Notes under the pieces: model-generated | What the model was told of the DNA's origin: nothing | What the model saw: the letters and a program-made list of their open reading frames with translations, nothing else | Database searches by the model: none | Program-made: the position numbers and the translations under genes | From: Mobula hypostoma | Lineage: Eukaryota | Direction of reading: 5' to 3' | Assembly: GCF_963921235.1 (NCBI RefSeq) | Contig: NC_086097.1 | Span: forward strand, 221,218,001-221,282,000 | Length of the DNA: 64,000 bases | Shown here: piece after piece, positions 61,905 to 64,000 of the stretch | Layout of the letters: each line of letters starts with the position of its first letter | Numbering within the stretch: the first letter of the stretch is position 1

Positions 61905-62835
61905 AATTTCAAAGTCAAAGTCGAGCTTATAGTCATACACCTGAAGTGCAATGAAAATCTTACTTGCAGCATCAGAGTCACATAGCATCACATAAGGAGT
62001 ACTCACAGGAAAAACATAAAATAGCCATAAATTATCCACAGTTTTTACAAGAAAAATAAAATTAGAATAAATAAAAACATTGTCCATTTCAGTGTGATTT
62101 GATCCAAGTGCTACTAAATGCTACTAAACTGTAGTGAGGATTAGAGTTTTGCTGTTTAGTTCAAGAACAAAACTGTTGAAGGGTAGTAACTGTTCTTGAA
62201 CATGGTGATGTGACACTTCAGGCTCCTGCCCAATGGAAGCCACAGGTAGATGTCATGGACAGCAGGGGTCTTTGATGATGAATGTTGCCTTCTTGAGGGA
62301 GTGCCGTCTTCTTGAGGATGTGTTTGTGGTGTATTAGGCAGAGTCCACAACCCACTGCAGCTTCTAACGTCCCAGCACATTTGAAATGGCATTCCAGACC
62401 ATAATGCAACTTGTTAGGATAGTTTCCAGTTTGTTAAGAGGTCTCAGTGACAAGCTAAACCTTCTTAATCTCCAAGGAAAGTAAAGACACTGGGGCACTT
62501 TCCTTATGATTGCATCCATGTGCTGTCCCCGGACGGGTCATCCAATGCCTAGGAAGTTAAAGCTGCTGTCTCTCTCCACTGCAGATCCCCCAATGTAGAC
62601 TGGGACATGTTTGCCTTCCTTCCTTTTCCTGAAGTCACCAATCCACTCTTTAGGTTTGCTGACATTGAGCAAGAGATTACTGTTGTGGCACCACTCAACC
62701 CAATGTCCTATCTAGTTCTAGTAAACTGACTCATTCCACCTGAGAATCATCCAACATGAGTGCTGACCACAAATTTGAAGATGGCATTGGAGATGAGTTG
62801 AGTTTCGCCACACAGTCATGTGGGTATAGAGTGTA
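61905..62835 (-). mobile_element. Rex1/Babar-like 3' fragment, older
   Basis: LVEWC.NS.L.LNVSK, VERDSSFNFLG, FKNSYYPST.LFLN. (TTTGAC)n tail. Confidence 0.8.
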
Positions 62836-63805
62836 GAGTTTGTGTATTTGAACATACATTGAATAGTGATTATGAATCCATGTTTGAAGACAATGATGAT
62901 CTAAATTTCATCATAAGCCAATTGCCTTGTCCCATTGCTAACCATTATTTTCTTTATTCTTTTCTTGATGCCATCTGTGCATATTATATAAAGTTAAGTG
63001 AACTGGAAGTAAAAGCACAGCAACTTTAATTCTATTATGCATACTGAAGTCATGAAGCAGTTCAAATTAAATGCCCTTTCCTGTCATTGTTTTAATTGAA
63101 GAGGGGCAAGGAATAAGCACCGTGGTCTTTAAATTATTAAATCTCTGTCTAGAGACGATAGGAGTGTCCATGGTACTTGCATGTTTTCAATACACAAATT
63201 GATTTAACTATTAATAATGCATGGACCACAATAATGGCAGGCAAATCCCTTTGGAGGGGAATTAATATAATAATTTAATTTTTACAAACACAAAAGCTCA
63301 AATAATTCCAATGAACCCTGTGTTAAAAGTGATAGATTTTCTCTGTTCATTAGTCTTTGTGATGTTTATTAAGAGGGCAGTGTTTTAAAGAACTGGTTTA
63401 GAATGACATGGTCAGAAACTATTCAATGAGAATGCAGTTGAACTCAGCCAGGTTATTCTATATGTTTACAAGTTCAGTATAAATATAGACAGGGCTCATC
63501 AGTTCTTCACATCAGATATTAAAAATCTTGATTTTGAAAAATAAACTAAGAGTTATAAGAAGGCAAGTTATTTTCCTTTAGTTTAATGTTAATTAATCAA
63601 AATATTAAAGTAAAGAAAGAAACTTACCTTCTTCTTTGACACCTAAGTCAAGAGGACGTGGATCCTCTCAAATAGGTAATTGACGTTCTGGGGGCAGGGC
63701 ATTTTGTTAATGAAGACTTGGCTACTTGTTGCAGTGTATACCATGAAAATGTGCACTCTGGCTCTTGAGGAGAATATTTTAAGGTGAAGGATGACCTTTT
63801 AAAGT

Positions 63806-64000
63806 GAAATGCTGGAGGAGCTCAACAGGCCAGGCAGCATCTATGGGAATGAGTAAGTAATAAAGGACCATTGCAGGCAATGGAGAGAGAATCCTAGAGA
63901 GGTGGGTATAATCCCAGGGTCCTGATGAAGGGTCTCGGCTCGAAACTTTGACTGTTTATTCGTTTCCATAGATGCTGCCTGGCCTGCTGAGTTCCTCCAG
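63806..64000. mobile_element. Penelope-like inverted two-arm insertion running off the window end
   Basis: Minus arm 63806-63860. Plus arm from about 63918 with a degenerate hammerhead CTGATGA-AGGGTCTCGGCTC-GAAA-CTTT-GACTG. Confidence 0.75.

Overview
Repeat-rich vertebrate intronic or intergenic DNA. The element mix (CR1-dominated LINEs, Neptune-type Penelope-like elements, Rex1/Babar, RTE, V-SINEs, Tc1/Tigger, a chromodomain Gypsy) suggests a cartilaginous fish such as a ray; this is an inference. No host protein-coding gene can be confidently called, and almost all long ORFs are decayed transposon ORFs or their antisense shadows. The most notable hidden structure is catalytic RNA inside retroelements. 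(1) A complete HDV-like double-pseudoknot ribozyme fold lies at the TSD-defined 5' end of an RTE LINE (about 4770-4944). (2) Minimal type I hammerhead cores lie in the pseudo-LTRs of Penelope-like elements, which repeatedly inserted as tail-out inverted pairs with 11-15 bp target-site duplications. The window also contains nested transposon stacks, a two-copy short element with a YY1-like head, a fold-back duplication, a solo LTR and MITE/palindrome structures. All structures were read by eye; none was computed or searched.
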